Counted from the stretch's first letter, positions 46,210 through 56,710 are shown. The stretch is 64,000 bases of DNA from an uncultured Porphyromonadaceae bacterium (GCA_947177635.1 CAMWVQ010000004.1:14481-78480), one strand, 5' to 3'. Numbers and translations: made by a program. The notes: generated from the letters alone by a model not told the origin.

Positions 46210-47181
46210 ATGTTTGACAAGGAATATTATTCGGAGATAATTGAGAAGGCGATTGCCGAAATTGATTACGGGAAAGGTCCCAGGGGGCTGTTCCTGCCGG
46301 TGGAATATACTCTCGAAGGGGGTGGCAAGCGGCTCCGGCCGATGCTGTTGCTCGCCACCTGCGAGGCATTGGGCCGTGAGCCTGGGAAGGCAATCAACCA
46401 GGCGGTCGGTATCGAGATGTTCCATAACTTCACACTGTTGCATGACGATGTGATGGACAAGGCGGAGGTGAGGCGTGGACGTCCGACGGTTCACCGTCGT
46501 TGGAATGAGTCAGTCGCCATCCTTTCGGGTGACGCAATGCTGACAATGGCCACCCAGCTCGTTGTCAAATGTACAGACATATATACGGCTGACTGTATGG
46601 CTGAAATCCTCGACCTTTTCAACACCACGGCCATGGAGGTGTATGCCGGCCAGCAACTCGACATGGAGTTTGAAAGCCGCCGTGACGTCACTGTCGAGGA
46701 ATATATCGAGATGATCAGGCTGAAAACCTCGGTGCTGCTTGCCTGCGCCTGCAAGATGGGGGCGTTGATGGCCGGGGCATCTGAAAAGGATGCTGATGCG
46801 ATGTATCGTTATGGCGAACTGCTCGGTCTGGCTTTCCAGCTTCAGGATGACAACCTCGACACCTACGGAGACCCTGCTCTTTTCGGCAAGGAAATCGGCG
46901 GTGACATAATCAACGAGAAGAAAACATGGCTTTGGATTAACGCTATGAACCGCGAGCCGAAACGGCTCCAGAGGGTTCTTGACCAGAAGCTCACGGATTA
47001 CCTCAAGATTCGTGAGGTGAGGAAAATCTATGATGACCTCAACCTCAGGGAGGAGGCCCAGGCCCTAATCGAACGTTATGCCAACGAGGCTGTCGAAGCC
47101 CTGGCAAATGTGGGTATGACCCCCGAGGCACGCGACTTCTTCACTTCGCTTGCGTTGAAATCCGCCGCCCGAAGCCATTGA
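46210..47181 (+). CDS. Polyprenyl diphosphate synthase (IspA/GGPP-like)
   Basis: GGKRLRP, HNFTLLHDDVMD (first DDxxD motif), RRGRPT, GQQLD, KTSVL and FQLQDDNLD; ATG at 46210. Confidence 0.92.
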   Translation: MFDKEYYSEIIEKAIAEIDYGKGPRGLFLPVEYTLEGGGKRLRPMLLLATCEALGREPGKAINQAVGIEMFHNFTLLHDDVMDKAEVRRGRPTVHRRWNESVAILSGDAMLTMATQLVVKCTDIYTADCMAEILDLFNTTAMEVYAGQQLDMEFESRRDVTVEEYIEMIRLKTSVLLACACKMGALMAGASEKDADAMYRYGELLGLAFQLQDDNLDTYGDPALFGKEIGGDIINEKKTWLWINAMNREPKRLQRVLDQKLTDYLKIREVRKIYDDLNLREEAQALIERYANEAVEALANVGMTPEARDFFTSLALKSAARSH

Positions 47182-47221
47182 CCGGACGGCTCTCACAGAA
47201 AGGAGAACAGGAGAATCATAT

Positions 47222-49597
47222 ATGGAGGATTACCTCTCGAAACTCAACAGCCAGCAGCGCGAGGCGGTCGAATATCTCGACGGCCCCCAGCTTGTCATAG
47301 CCGGGGCCGGTTCGGGCAAGACGCGTGTGCTGACCTACAAGATAGTCCATCTGCTGACCAGGGAGTTCGAGCCTTGGCGGCTGATGGCGCTGACATTCAC
47401 CAACAAGGCGGCCAACGAGATGCGCGAGCGTATCAGGCAGCTTGTCGGGGAGCAGGTGGCAGGGAAGCTCTGGATGGGCACATTCCACTCGATTTTTTCA
47501 CGCATCCTGCGACAGAACGCCGACAAGCTCGGATTCTCCCCGTCGTTCACCATATACGATTCGGACGACTCCCGCGCGCTCATCAAGTCGATTGTCAAGG
47601 ATATGGAGCTTGACGAGAAGATTTACAAGCCCAATGTGGTGCAGAACGCCATATCGATGGCCAAGAATGCCTTGATAAGCCCGTCGCAGTATCGCGCCGA
47701 CCGCGAGCTGATGGAGTCTGACCGCCGGGCGAAACGCGGGCTGCTCGTCGACATATACGCCACTTACCGCCACCGCTGCCATGTCGCGGGGGCTATGGAC
47801 TTCGACGACCTGCTCTATTACACCAACATCCTTTTCAGGGACCACCCCGAGGTCTGCCGCCATTACAGCGAATATTTCAGGTATGTGCTTGTCGACGAGT
47901 ACCAGGACACGAACTTCGCGCAGCATTGCATCGTCTCCCAGCTTTGCAAGGGAAGCCGCAACCTTACGATGGTGGGGGATGACGCCCAGAGCATATACTC
48001 GTTCCGTGGGGCCAACATCCGCAATATCCTCAATCTGAAAAAGGCCTATCCCGACCTGAAGATTTTCAAACTCGAACAGAACTACCGTTCGACACGCAAT
48101 ATCGTTGCGGCGGCCAATTCGCTGATAGACAAGAATTCCGAGCAGATACGCAAAGAGGTGTTCTCGGAGAATGACTTCGGCACCAAAATCGAGGTATGCC
48201 GCTGTTACAGCGATTTCGACGAAGCCTCGCTGGTTGCCGACCGCATAGCCCGCCTGCATATGAAGAACCACGACGGGCTGAATGACTTCGCAATCCTCTA
48301 CCGCACTAATGCCCAGAGCCGCCGGTTCGAGGAGTCGCTGCGCAAGCGCCGCCTGTCATACCGTATCTACGGCGGCCTGTCATTCTACCAGCGAAAGGAG
48401 GTCAAGGATGCCATCGCCTATTTCCGCCTGGCCACAAACCCCAACGACGACGAGGCTCTGCGCCGCGTCATCAACTATCCCGCCCGTGGTATAGGCGACA
48501 CAACCTTGAAGAAACTCGTCCACGCCGCAATCGAGCGAGGGATAAGCATCTGGGGGGTGCTCAATGACCCCGCCGATTTGAATGTCAACAATGGCACCCG
48601 TAAGAAACTTGACGGCTTCCGTGAACTTATAGCGGAGTTCAACCGCCTTAATGCCTCCGGAGAGGATGCCGCCCAGCTTACAAGGTCGATATATATGAAG
48701 ACCCGGCTGCTGACCTCCCTGATTTCAGACAACACACCCGAGAGTGTCTCGCAGCAGGAGAACCTGATGGAGATGCAGAAGAATGTCGAGGAGTTTGTCG
48801 CCGAGCGGACAGAGGAGGGGAATCCGGCCATATCGATGACCGATTTCCTCGCCGAAGTGTCGCTCGCCACCGATCAGGATGAGAAAGACACCTCGAAAGA
48901 CCGTGTCACCCTTATGACAGTCCACGCCGCCAAGGGTCTTGAGTTCAAGAATGTGATTGTCGTGGGGGTCGAGGAGGAACTCTTCCCGTCGGCGATGGCC
49001 TGCGACTCGCTGCAGGCGATAGAGGAGGAGCGACGGCTGCTGTATGTGGCCATCACCCGCGCCAAGGAGTTCTGCATGCTCTCGTACGCCTCCTCGCGTT
49101 ACCGCAACGGTCAGACAATGGTCACACGCCCCTCACGTTTCCTGCGCGACATAGACCCGCAATATCTCAAGATGATACAAGGCTCAGACCTTGACGACGC
49201 TCCGCGGGGTGTGAATCCTCTCGACAACTATCGCGCCTCATATCATGGCGCGGGTTCGGCAAGCGGACTGTTCAATCCTCCGCGCCGTCCGGCATATCCC
49301 GCGTCAAAAGGTGAGGGGGCAAGTGCCTCCTGGCTTGAAAAGTCTCGTCGCAAACTTGAGGAGACGGTCTCATCCACCCGCAACGGGGCCGGAGAACTGA
49401 CAGATGCCGATTTTACCATCCACGATGTCTCGGAGCTTTACGGAGGGATGAAAATCATCCACGGACGCTTCGGCCACGGCATCATAGAGGAGGTGGATGA
49501 CAATGCCGCCGGAGCCAAGATTACCGTGGTCTTCACCGGAGCCGAACGCAAGACCCTCTTGCTGAGATTCGCCCGTTTTAAAATCATATCAGAATGA
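47222..49597 (+). CDS. uvrD: UvrD/PcrA superfamily 1 DNA helicase
   Basis: AGAGSGKT, TFTNKAA.EM, VDEYQD, VGDDAQSIYSFRGA, LEQNYRST, LYRTNAQS, TVHAAKGLEF, EERRL.YVAITRA and C-terminal Tudor-like domain. Confidence 0.95.
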   Translation: MEDYLSKLNSQQREAVEYLDGPQLVIAGAGSGKTRVLTYKIVHLLTREFEPWRLMALTFTNKAANEMRERIRQLVGEQVAGKLWMGTFHSIFSRILRQNADKLGFSPSFTIYDSDDSRALIKSIVKDMELDEKIYKPNVVQNAISMAKNALISPSQYRADRELMESDRRAKRGLLVDIYATYRHRCHVAGAMDFDDLLYYTNILFRDHPEVCRHYSEYFRYVLVDEYQDTNFAQHCIVSQLCKGSRNLTMVGDDAQSIYSFRGANIRNILNLKKAYPDLKIFKLEQNYRSTRNIVAAANSLIDKNSEQIRKEVFSENDFGTKIEVCRCYSDFDEASLVADRIARLHMKNHDGLNDFAILYRTNAQSRRFEESLRKRRLSYRIYGGLSFYQRKEVKDAIAYFRLATNPNDDEALRRVINYPARGIGDTTLKKLVHAAIERGISIWGVLNDPADLNVNNGTRKKLDGFRELIAEFNRLNASGEDAAQLTRSIYMKTRLLTSLISDNTPESVSQQENLMEMQKNVEEFVAERTEEGNPAISMTDFLAEVSLATDQDEKDTSKDRVTLMTVHAAKGLEFKNVIVVGVEEELFPSAMACDSLQAIEEERRLLYVAITRAKEFCMLSYASSRYRNGQTMVTRPSRFLRDIDPQYLKMIQGSDLDDAPRGVNPLDNYRASYHGAGSASGLFNPPRRPAYPASKGEGASASWLEKSRRKLEETVSSTRNGAGELTDADFTIHDVSELYGGMKIIHGRFGHGIIEEVDDNAAGAKITVVFTGAERKTLLLRFARFKIISE

Positions 49598-50742
49598 CAA
49601 TGACCATCCAGACACCATATTACATAGTCTACGAGGAGAAGTTGCGCCGCAACCTCTCGCTGATTTCCGGTGTGGCCCGCGCCGCCGGGGTCGAAATCAT
49701 AATGGCCTTCAAGGCCAACGCCTTGTGGCGCACGTTCGGCGTGATGAGGGAGTACGGGGTAAAGTTCACCGCCTCCTCGTTGAACGAGCTGCGTCTGGGA
49801 AATGAGGAGCTGGGTTGCCTCGGCCATTCATATTGCCCCGCCTATACCCCTGCCACAATCGGTGAGTATCTTGACAGGAGCAGCCACCTGACTTTCAACT
49901 CCCTGAGCCAGTTCGCCCGCTACAAGGGGGATGTCGAGTCGTTCAACAACAGCCACGAATCAGAAAACCGACGTGTCTCACCCGGTCTGAGGGTCAACCC
50001 CAGATGCTCGGTAATCGAGACAGACATATACAACCCGGCCCTCCCGGGGAGCCGTTTCGGCGTGACTGCCGACCAGATTGGCGACAGGTTGCCCGAGGGG
50101 ATAGAGGGATTGCATTTCCACCAGCTCTGCGAGTCGTCGAGCTACGACCTTGAGAAGGTACTTGCTGCCTTTGAGGAGCAGTTCGGAAAATACCTCCCCC
50201 AGGTGAAATGGGTGAATATGGGAGGTGGCCACCTGATGACACGCGAAGGATATGACACCGACCATCTTGTTGGGCTTCTGCGCGGCTTCCGCGAGCGTTA
50301 CCCGTGGCTGAATGTGATTCTCGAACCGGGAAGCGCCTTTACATGGCGCACCGGCGATTTGATAACCTCTGTCGTGGATGTGGTTGAAAACCAAGGGATA
50401 AAGACGGCTATAATAGATGCGTCCTTTGCCTGTCATATGCCCGACACTCTCGAGATGCCTTACCAGCCCGCCATCACCGGCACTCTCCCGGAAGGGGGCC
50501 ACACCTACCGCCTTGGGGGAAATTCCTGCCTTAGCGGCGACTATATGGGAGACTGGCATTTCGACCACCCCCTCCAGGAGGGTGAAAAGCTCGTGCTTGA
50601 GGATATGAACCATTACACGACCGTGAAAACCAACATGTTCAACGGCATATCCCACCCGGCTATGGTGTTTCAGCATCTTGACGGCACGGTCGAGACCCTG
50701 CGCGAGTTTTCTTACGAGGACTACAAAAACAGAATGGACTGA
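49594..50742 (+). CDS. nspC: Carboxynorspermidine/carboxyspermidine decarboxylase
   Basis: AFKA (PLP lysine), GLRVNP, Y.P..PGSRFG, GLHFH.LCE, NMGGGHL.TR, LEPG, HMPD.LEMPY and GNSCL.GD. Confidence 0.92.
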   Translation: MTMTIQTPYYIVYEEKLRRNLSLISGVARAAGVEIIMAFKANALWRTFGVMREYGVKFTASSLNELRLGNEELGCLGHSYCPAYTPATIGEYLDRSSHLTFNSLSQFARYKGDVESFNNSHESENRRVSPGLRVNPRCSVIETDIYNPALPGSRFGVTADQIGDRLPEGIEGLHFHQLCESSSYDLEKVLAAFEEQFGKYLPQVKWVNMGGGHLMTREGYDTDHLVGLLRGFRERYPWLNVILEPGSAFTWRTGDLITSVVDVVENQGIKTAIIDASFACHMPDTLEMPYQPAITGTLPEGGHTYRLGGNSCLSGDYMGDWHFDHPLQEGEKLVLEDMNHYTTVKTNMFNGISHPAMVFQHLDGTVETLREFSYEDYKNRMD

Positions 50743-50760
50743 CAATACGCGATACGCCCG

Positions 50761-51774
50761 ATGAGTGAAAAAGATGTGACATATTCGGTGATTGTCCCGG
50801 TCTACAACCGCCCGGGAGAGGTAGATGAGCTTCTTGACAGCCTGCTGAGGCAGACGGCCCGCAACTTCGAGGTGGTCATTGTCGAGGATGGCTCCACGGT
50901 GCCTTGTGGCGATATTGTTGAGAAATATGCGGCTCGCGGGCTTAACGCACGGTATTTCTCCAAGGAGAACGAAGGTCGGTCTATTGCCCGCAACTACGGT
51001 CTGGAACGAGCGAAGGGGGAATATTTCATATTCTTCGATTCAGACTGCGTGATTCCCCCCGATTATTTTTCCAAGCTTGACAAATTCAGGAAAGCCAGGC
51101 CATATGACGCATTCGGAGGGCCTGACGCGGCAGACAGCTCTTTCTCCACCACCCAGAAGGCTATCAATTTCGCAATGACCTCATTCCTGACCACCGGAGG
51201 GATACGCGGAGGACGCGTCAGCCTCGAGAAATTCACCCCCCGCACATTCAATATGGGTTTCTCACGTGAGGTGTATGAGAAGGTGGGCGGCTTCAGGGAG
51301 ATGTTCTCCGAGGACATAGACATGTCGACACGTATCCGTCTCGCCGGATTCACCATCGGTCTCTACCCTGACCTTCCGGTCTATCATAAGCGCAGGGTCG
51401 ATTTCCGCAAGTTCTTCCGCCAGGTCTACGTCTTCGGGATGTCGCGTATCACGCTGAAACTGCTCTACCCTGACTCGATGAAGCTGGTCCACTGGCTTCC
51501 GGCAGTGTTTGTCCTCGGAGTCGTGGCTATGGTGCTGCTGGCCATCTTCGTCAGTCCGTGGTGGCTCGCCCCGCTGGCGGTTTACCTCTTCATGATATGG
51601 CAGACCGCGTTGGTTTCCACCGGTTCCATCGTTATAGCCTTCAAGGCCATTCCCGCGTCGCTCATACAGCTTGGCGGCTATGGCTGCGGTTTCCTGAAGG
51701 CATATTTCATAAAGATAATATGCCGCAGGGGACGTGACGAGGCGGAAGAGGTCGCGATGAGAAAAGGAAAATGA
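50761..51774 (+). CDS. Glycosyltransferase family 2 with C-terminal TM helices
   Basis: SVIVPVYNR, VVIVEDGS, ARNYG, FFDSDC (DxD) and SEDID. Confidence 0.9.
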   Translation: MSEKDVTYSVIVPVYNRPGEVDELLDSLLRQTARNFEVVIVEDGSTVPCGDIVEKYAARGLNARYFSKENEGRSIARNYGLERAKGEYFIFFDSDCVIPPDYFSKLDKFRKARPYDAFGGPDAADSSFSTTQKAINFAMTSFLTTGGIRGGRVSLEKFTPRTFNMGFSREVYEKVGGFREMFSEDIDMSTRIRLAGFTIGLYPDLPVYHKRRVDFRKFFRQVYVFGMSRITLKLLYPDSMKLVHWLPAVFVLGVVAMVLLAIFVSPWWLAPLAVYLFMIWQTALVSTGSIVIAFKAIPASLIQLGGYGCGFLKAYFIKIICRRGRDEAEEVAMRKGK

Positions 51775-51799
51775 TATTTACTCTGAAAGTCAGGATGAT

Positions 51800-52612
51800 A
51801 TGGATGACATTGCGCTCTTGAACGATTACGACGCGATATTCGATTGCGGAGGGGACGCCCTCCCCGAGATTCCTCGCGTCCGCGAAGTGGAGGCTGAGGC
51901 GAAAGTGTCTGTCGCGCCGAAAGGGGCGTCAGTCTCCATCCACGACCTGACCGATGATGAGAAACCCCGCGAGAAGGCTCTCAAGCAGGGGATGGAGTCA
52001 CTCTCCGATGTGGAGCTGCTCGCGATACTGCTCGGGTCGGGAATACCGGGAAAGTCGGTGATTGACCTCAGCCGCGAGATTCTGAAGGACAATGACAACA
52101 GGCTCGCGTATCTGTCAAGGAAGTCGATACCCGAACTTGTGAGGAAATACAAAGGCATGGGTGTGGCGAAGGCCACGCTGCTTGTGGCGGCGATGACATT
52201 CGGTGCGCGGACACAGGCAGACCTCCAGATAAAAGACCCGCAGATGGCGTCCTCCGAAGCTGTCTACTCATATATGCGCGGACGGCTCGAACGCCTCAAC
52301 AATGAGGAGTTCTGGGTGCTGCACCTTAGCCGCGCCAACCGGCTGCAGTCGGTCGAGCAGATAAGCAAGGGAGGGCAGTCCCAGACCTCGGTCGATGTGA
52401 AACTCATCGCCAAGAGTGTGATAGACAGGCTCTCGGCCGGAGTGATTCTCTGCCACAACCATCCGTCGGGGAACCTTATGCCGAGTGTGGCCGACGACTC
52501 GCTGACCCGACGTATCGTCGAGGTCTGCAAGATAATAGATGTCCCGGTGCTTGACCACCTTATAATCGGTCCGTCGGGCTATTATTCCTATCGCGACAAA
52601 GGTCGCCTCTGA
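51800..52612 (+). CDS. radC: RadC family (HhH plus JAB/MPN domain) protein
   Basis: EKPREK..LSDVELLAILLGSG, EEFWV..L and HNHPSGN..PS..D..T..LDHLII. Confidence 0.92.
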   Translation: MDDIALLNDYDAIFDCGGDALPEIPRVREVEAEAKVSVAPKGASVSIHDLTDDEKPREKALKQGMESLSDVELLAILLGSGIPGKSVIDLSREILKDNDNRLAYLSRKSIPELVRKYKGMGVAKATLLVAAMTFGARTQADLQIKDPQMASSEAVYSYMRGRLERLNNEEFWVLHLSRANRLQSVEQISKGGQSQTSVDVKLIAKSVIDRLSAGVILCHNHPSGNLMPSVADDSLTRRIVEVCKIIDVPVLDHLIIGPSGYYSYRDKGRL

Positions 52613-52651
52613 AATGAAATCAAACAACCATTCAGCTATAATACACGATTT

Positions 52652-53422
52652 ATGAGCAAGATAGATGAACGGACATATGGTCTGATAGGCTACCCGCTGA
52701 TTCATTCCTTCTCGAAGACATTCTTCAACCAGAAGTTCCTGGCCGAAGGCATAAACGCGCGTTACGAGAATTTCGAAATCCCGTCGATCGATTTCTTTCC
52801 GGGCTTGCTGGAGGATACCCCCTCGCTCGCAGGAATGAATGTCACCATCCCTTACAAGGAGAAGGTGATACCCTATCTCGACGACATCGACCCATTGGCG
52901 GCACGCGCCGGAGCGGTGAATGTCATAAAAATCGTGGCCGACCGGAAAGGTAAACTGCTTGATAACAAACGTCTGGTTGGATTCAACAGCGATGTGGCGG
53001 GATTTACCGACTCGATTCGTCCGCTGATTACCGACTGCCGTCACCGGGCATTGGTGCTCGGCACCGGCGGGGCGGCAAAGGCGGTCTGCGTAGGGCTTGA
53101 CATGCTTGATGTGGAAGCGCAGCTTGTCTCGCGCACGCCGCGTCAGGGGGTATTGACATATGCCGACCTCACTCCCGAGATTATGGCCCGGCACAAGGTG
53201 ATTGTCAACACAACTCCCCTCGGTATGTATCCTCATGTCGATGAGGCTCCTGATATTCCTTATGAATGCCTCGGGCCGGAACATCTCTGTTATGACCTGC
53301 TGTATAATCCTGACGTGACCTTATTTATGAAAAAGGCCAAGGCGCAGGGTGCGGAAGTGAAAAACGGACTTGAGATGTTGCTGCTGCAGGCCTTCCTCTC
53401 CTGGGAAATCTGGAATGGCTGA
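52652..53422 (+). CDS. aroE: Shikimate dehydrogenase
   Basis: GYPLIHSFS, G.NVTIPYK, GAVN, GFNSD, LVLGTGGAAKA, VNTTPLGM and NGLEMLLLQA. Confidence 0.93.
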   Translation: MSKIDERTYGLIGYPLIHSFSKTFFNQKFLAEGINARYENFEIPSIDFFPGLLEDTPSLAGMNVTIPYKEKVIPYLDDIDPLAARAGAVNVIKIVADRKGKLLDNKRLVGFNSDVAGFTDSIRPLITDCRHRALVLGTGGAAKAVCVGLDMLDVEAQLVSRTPRQGVLTYADLTPEIMARHKVIVNTTPLGMYPHVDEAPDIPYECLGPEHLCYDLLYNPDVTLFMKKAKAQGAEVKNGLEMLLLQAFLSWEIWNG

Positions 53423-53472
53423 CACAAAAAACAGGCGGGTGCCAATTACGGCACCCGCCTGTTTTTTGTGTC
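53421..53472. terminator. Bidirectional terminator between aroE and yeiH
   Basis: Perfect 23-bp arms GACACAAAAAACAGGCGGGTGCC / GGCACCCGCCTGTTTTTTGTGTC with 6-nt loop. Confidence 0.88.
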
Positions 53473-53487
53473 TCCTATATGTTCGGA

Positions 53488-54519
53488 TTAGAGGAACATC
53501 GGGGCAAGATACTTCGCCAGGAACCACCCCCCGAAGATGAGCCAGATGAAGAGGATACCGGCAAGGATGAAAGGTTTCGAGCCGGCCTTCTTGAATTTGT
53601 CTATGCTGGTCTCGGCGCCGAGAGCCACCATTGCCATTGTCAGCAGGAAGGTGTCTATGTAATTGATAGTGTCGACAGCCACCTCGGGAAGAAGGTTGAA
53701 TGAGTTGAAGCCGATTACAGCCAGGAAACCGAGGGCGAACCAAGGTATGGCGACTTTGCCTTTTGAGCCTGCGGTGGAGGAGTTACGTGACTGGAGGGCA
53801 ACCCAGTAGCCAAGTGACAGAAGCACCGGCACAAGGAGCATGACGCGAATCATCTTGACGATGATGGCGACGTTGGATATTTCGGTGCCCATGGCGTTTC
53901 CGGCTCCAACGGCGTGGGCCACCTCATGGAGGGTGGAACCGGAGTAGATTCCCATTTCAGTGGACGAAAGTTCCAGGATGCCTGAGCGGTAGGCGATGGG
54001 ATAAAGGAACATCGCGATTGTACCGAAGATTACGACGGTGGCCACTGCCACGGCTGTCTTGTAAGGTTTGGTCTGGATGGTTGACTCGGCTCCGAGAACC
54101 GCGGCCGCGCCGCAGATGCCGCTGCCGATAGAGGTCAGCAAGGCTATCTCGCGATCCATTTTCAGGAGTTTTCCGATGTATATTCCGCCGATGATTGTCA
54201 CCGTCACCACTATGGCGTCAATAAGGATACCGGCGACTCCTACCTGTATTATGTCCTGGAAGGTGAGGCGGAATCCGTAGAGGATGATGCCGAGGCGGAG
54301 CAGTTTCTTCGAACAGAACTGAATGCCGGGCACCCATGTCTCAGGCAGATGGTTGCGGAGACTGTTGGCGTAAAGCATGCCGAGGATAATACCGATGATC
54401 ATCGGGCTGAAAGATAAATCCTTGAAGAATTTGGCTTCTCCGATATAGAATGCCGCGCAGGAGAACAGTCCAATAAGGAGAATCCCATGGAGCATGCTGC
54501 TTCGTTTTTCTGTAAACAT
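53488..54519 (-). CDS. YeiH family (UPF0324, putative sulfate exporter) membrane protein
   Basis: Start 54519. KKLLRLGIILYGF, GSGICGAAAV, GSTLHEVAH.V and VKMIRV.LL.P. Confidence 0.9.
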   Translation of the reverse strand: MFTEKRSSMLHGILLIGLFSCAAFYIGEAKFFKDLSFSPMIIGIILGMLYANSLRNHLPETWVPGIQFCSKKLLRLGIILYGFRLTFQDIIQVGVAGILIDAIVVTVTIIGGIYIGKLLKMDREIALLTSIGSGICGAAAVLGAESTIQTKPYKTAVAVATVVIFGTIAMFLYPIAYRSGILELSSTEMGIYSGSTLHEVAHAVGAGNAMGTEISNVAIIVKMIRVMLLVPVLLSLGYWVALQSRNSSTAGSKGKVAIPWFALGFLAVIGFNSFNLLPEVAVDTINYIDTFLLTMAMVALGAETSIDKFKKAGSKPFILAGILFIWLIFGGWFLAKYLAPMFL

Positions 54520-54576
54520 TGTAAATTGGAGTATTTGACGTATATTGTATTGAAGTTGGTCAATGAGAAAACGCCA

Positions 54577-54584
54577 CAAAGTTA
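54577..54584 (-). promoter_or_regulatory. -7 box for yeiH
   Basis: TAACTTTG on the minus strand. Confidence 0.55.
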
Positions 54585-54594
54585 GTAAAATTGC

Positions 54595-54625
54595 CTTGTA
54601 CACAGGTGAAAAATCATTAAATTTG
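54595..54625 (+). promoter_or_regulatory. sigmaA promoter of comEC
   Basis: CTTG-N19-TAAATTTG. Confidence 0.6.
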
Positions 54626-54661
54626 TGAATGATTATTTTAAATAAAGCATCCTGAATTTGT

Positions 54662-56710
54662 ATGAATGTGAACGGGGATGCACGAGGATTGACTCTTTCA
54701 GAAATGCCTCTGATGATTCCGGCGGCGGGACTGGCCTCTGGAATCGCCTTGTGTGGGGGCGTTTTCGCTGCGGATTGGTGGATGGCGGTAGTGCTGGCTG
54801 TCGCTGTCGTTGTGGCGGTATGGAGAGGTTGTCCGCGCATCGCGTTCGCTCTTGCTGCCGGATTGCTCGGGATGGCTGTGTGGATGGTTCACGCTCCTGC
54901 TGTGGTGGAAACCGGGAAGGAGGCTGTCTTCAAGGGGGAACTTGCGGATGTTTATGATTACGGCAGTTCTCAGAAAGTGGTGGTGGATGCCGGAAATGGC
55001 GCAAGGATTGGGATGACGGTTTATGATTATCCTCACCTGCTTGAGAGGGGAGACAGCGTTGAGGTGAGGGGGATATTGTTGCCTCCCGTGTTGCAGACGA
55101 CTGTGCCTGATGAGGCAGACGGAGCTATGTTTGCCAGGACTCACCCTCTTTCGGCCGTCTGTATGGTCGGCGATGACGGGTTCAGGGTCATATCTGTCGC
55201 TTCCGGGGTCAGGGGATGGCTCAACAGCCTCAGGCGGTCTCTTCTCAATGCCATACGCCATAGCGGATTGTCTCAGCCTGCTGGGGAATTTCTGGGAGCG
55301 GTTCTTCTGGGCGACAGGGGCATAGAACCTGATGTCAGGGAGAATTTTGCCCGTGCGGGACTGTCGCATATGCTGGCTCTGAGCGGCACTCATGTCTCGA
55401 CGGTCGCATTGTTGCTGGCTATGCTGCTTCTGCCTGTCGAGATGGCAGGTGGCAGGAGGTGGAGGCTTATGGTAACGATGGTAGCCTTGTGGGGCTACGC
55501 TGTGCTTACCGGTATGTCTCCTTCGGTGGTGAGAGCGGTGGTGATGGCCTCGTTTGTTGTGGTGGGGCGGCTTTCCGGAAGGTATCCCAGTCAGATGAAC
55601 TCACTTTTCGGTGCGGCGATAGCCATATTGATTTTCCAGCCGTCGGCATTGTTCATGCCGGGCTTCCAGCTGTCGTTCGTGGCGGTGGCCGGGATTCTGA
55701 TGATAGTTCCGCCGGTTCTGGCCTGGGCAAGAGGATACAGGTGGGGGAAACAGAGGGTGGTCTACGGATTGGTGAACGCGGTTTTGTTGCCTGTCGCGGC
55801 GGTGGTGGCCACGGCCCCGTTGTCTTCGTGGCTTTTCCATTATTTTCCGGTCTGGTTCCTGGTGGCCAATCTCCCGGTGGCGTTGCTGTTGCCTCTGTTT
55901 TTGGGTGGCGGGATTGCCGTGACTGTCGCAAGTTTCGCGGGAGTCAGTGCGGGGTGGCTCGTGGATGCCCTTGACTGGTTATACGGTATGGTGGAGCGGC
56001 TGGCGGCCATAGTGGCCGCTCTGCCCGGCAATATGGAGGGTAAGACCATTTATTTCGGGTGGTGGATTCTGTACCCGCTTTATCTCGGGATGTTTATGGT
56101 GTGGCGGGGCTGGACGGCCGGAAGGAAGGTGTTTGTCATCAATGGATTGGCATTATTGGTCGTGTCGGTCGCTCTTGTTTCTGTCGCGAGTCCGGTTTAT
56201 CCGGAGACGGAATGGTATGTATGGAGGCATAACCGTGGAGTGGCGGTAGTCTGCCGTGACGGAGAAGATGTATGGCTTCTTACAGATGCTGCACAAAAAT
56301 ATCATCAGGAAATCGGAGAACAGGCGGCTGTAAGGCTCACTGACTTTTTGGGAAAGCGAGGGGCGAGACTTTGCGGCGTCTGCGGGGAGCGGTTTGATTC
56401 TGACCAGGTGAAGGCAACACCGGGGGTATGGATGCTCGGTGACTGCCGGGTTGTGTTTGTCAATGGGAAGACGGATGTCATTGAGACCGCTTCGGAATAT
56501 GAGGATGCCGGCTATGTTGTGGTTTCGGCCGGTTTCAAGGGGGATGTGATGGATGTGAGCCGCTCATTTCCGGGCGCGGTGACGGTGTTGTCTCCATCCT
56601 TGCCTCCCTTGCGCAGGAGGAGATATGTGAGGGAGCTTTCCGCCCAAGGGGAGGACTATCTGTTGAATATCCCGCCGGAGGTCAGCAGATACAATCCTTC
56701 GACGAAGTAA
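54662..56710 (+). CDS. comEC: ComEC/Rec2 family DNA uptake channel protein
   Basis: AVLLGDR, F.RAGLSH.LALSG.HV, G.SPSV.RA..M, GFQLSF.AV and LVANL; no clear metallo-beta-lactamase domain. Confidence 0.88.
   Translation: MNVNGDARGLTLSEMPLMIPAAGLASGIALCGGVFAADWWMAVVLAVAVVVAVWRGCPRIAFALAAGLLGMAVWMVHAPAVVETGKEAVFKGELADVYDYGSSQKVVVDAGNGARIGMTVYDYPHLLERGDSVEVRGILLPPVLQTTVPDEADGAMFARTHPLSAVCMVGDDGFRVISVASGVRGWLNSLRRSLLNAIRHSGLSQPAGEFLGAVLLGDRGIEPDVRENFARAGLSHMLALSGTHVSTVALLLAMLLLPVEMAGGRRWRLMVTMVALWGYAVLTGMSPSVVRAVVMASFVVVGRLSGRYPSQMNSLFGAAIAILIFQPSALFMPGFQLSFVAVAGILMIVPPVLAWARGYRWGKQRVVYGLVNAVLLPVAAVVATAPLSSWLFHYFPVWFLVANLPVALLLPLFLGGGIAVTVASFAGVSAGWLVDALDWLYGMVERLAAIVAALPGNMEGKTIYFGWWILYPLYLGMFMVWRGWTAGRKVFVINGLALLVVSVALVSVASPVYPETEWYVWRHNRGVAVVCRDGEDVWLLTDAAQKYHQEIGEQAAVRLTDFLGKRGARLCGVCGERFDSDQVKATPGVWMLGDCRVVFVNGKTDVIETASEYEDAGYVVVSAGFKGDVMDVSRSFPGAVTVLSPSLPPLRRRRYVRELSAQGEDYLLNIPPEVSRYNPSTK

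Noticed and set aside
52268-53284. 338-aa antisense ORF over radC/aroE
   Set aside because: Shadow ORF; the sense genes are complete and conserved.
51800-54700. radC plus comEC as a competence or mobile-element cluster
   Set aside because: This RadC is the full-length chromosomal form inside a housekeeping run, and the two genes are in different transcription units.
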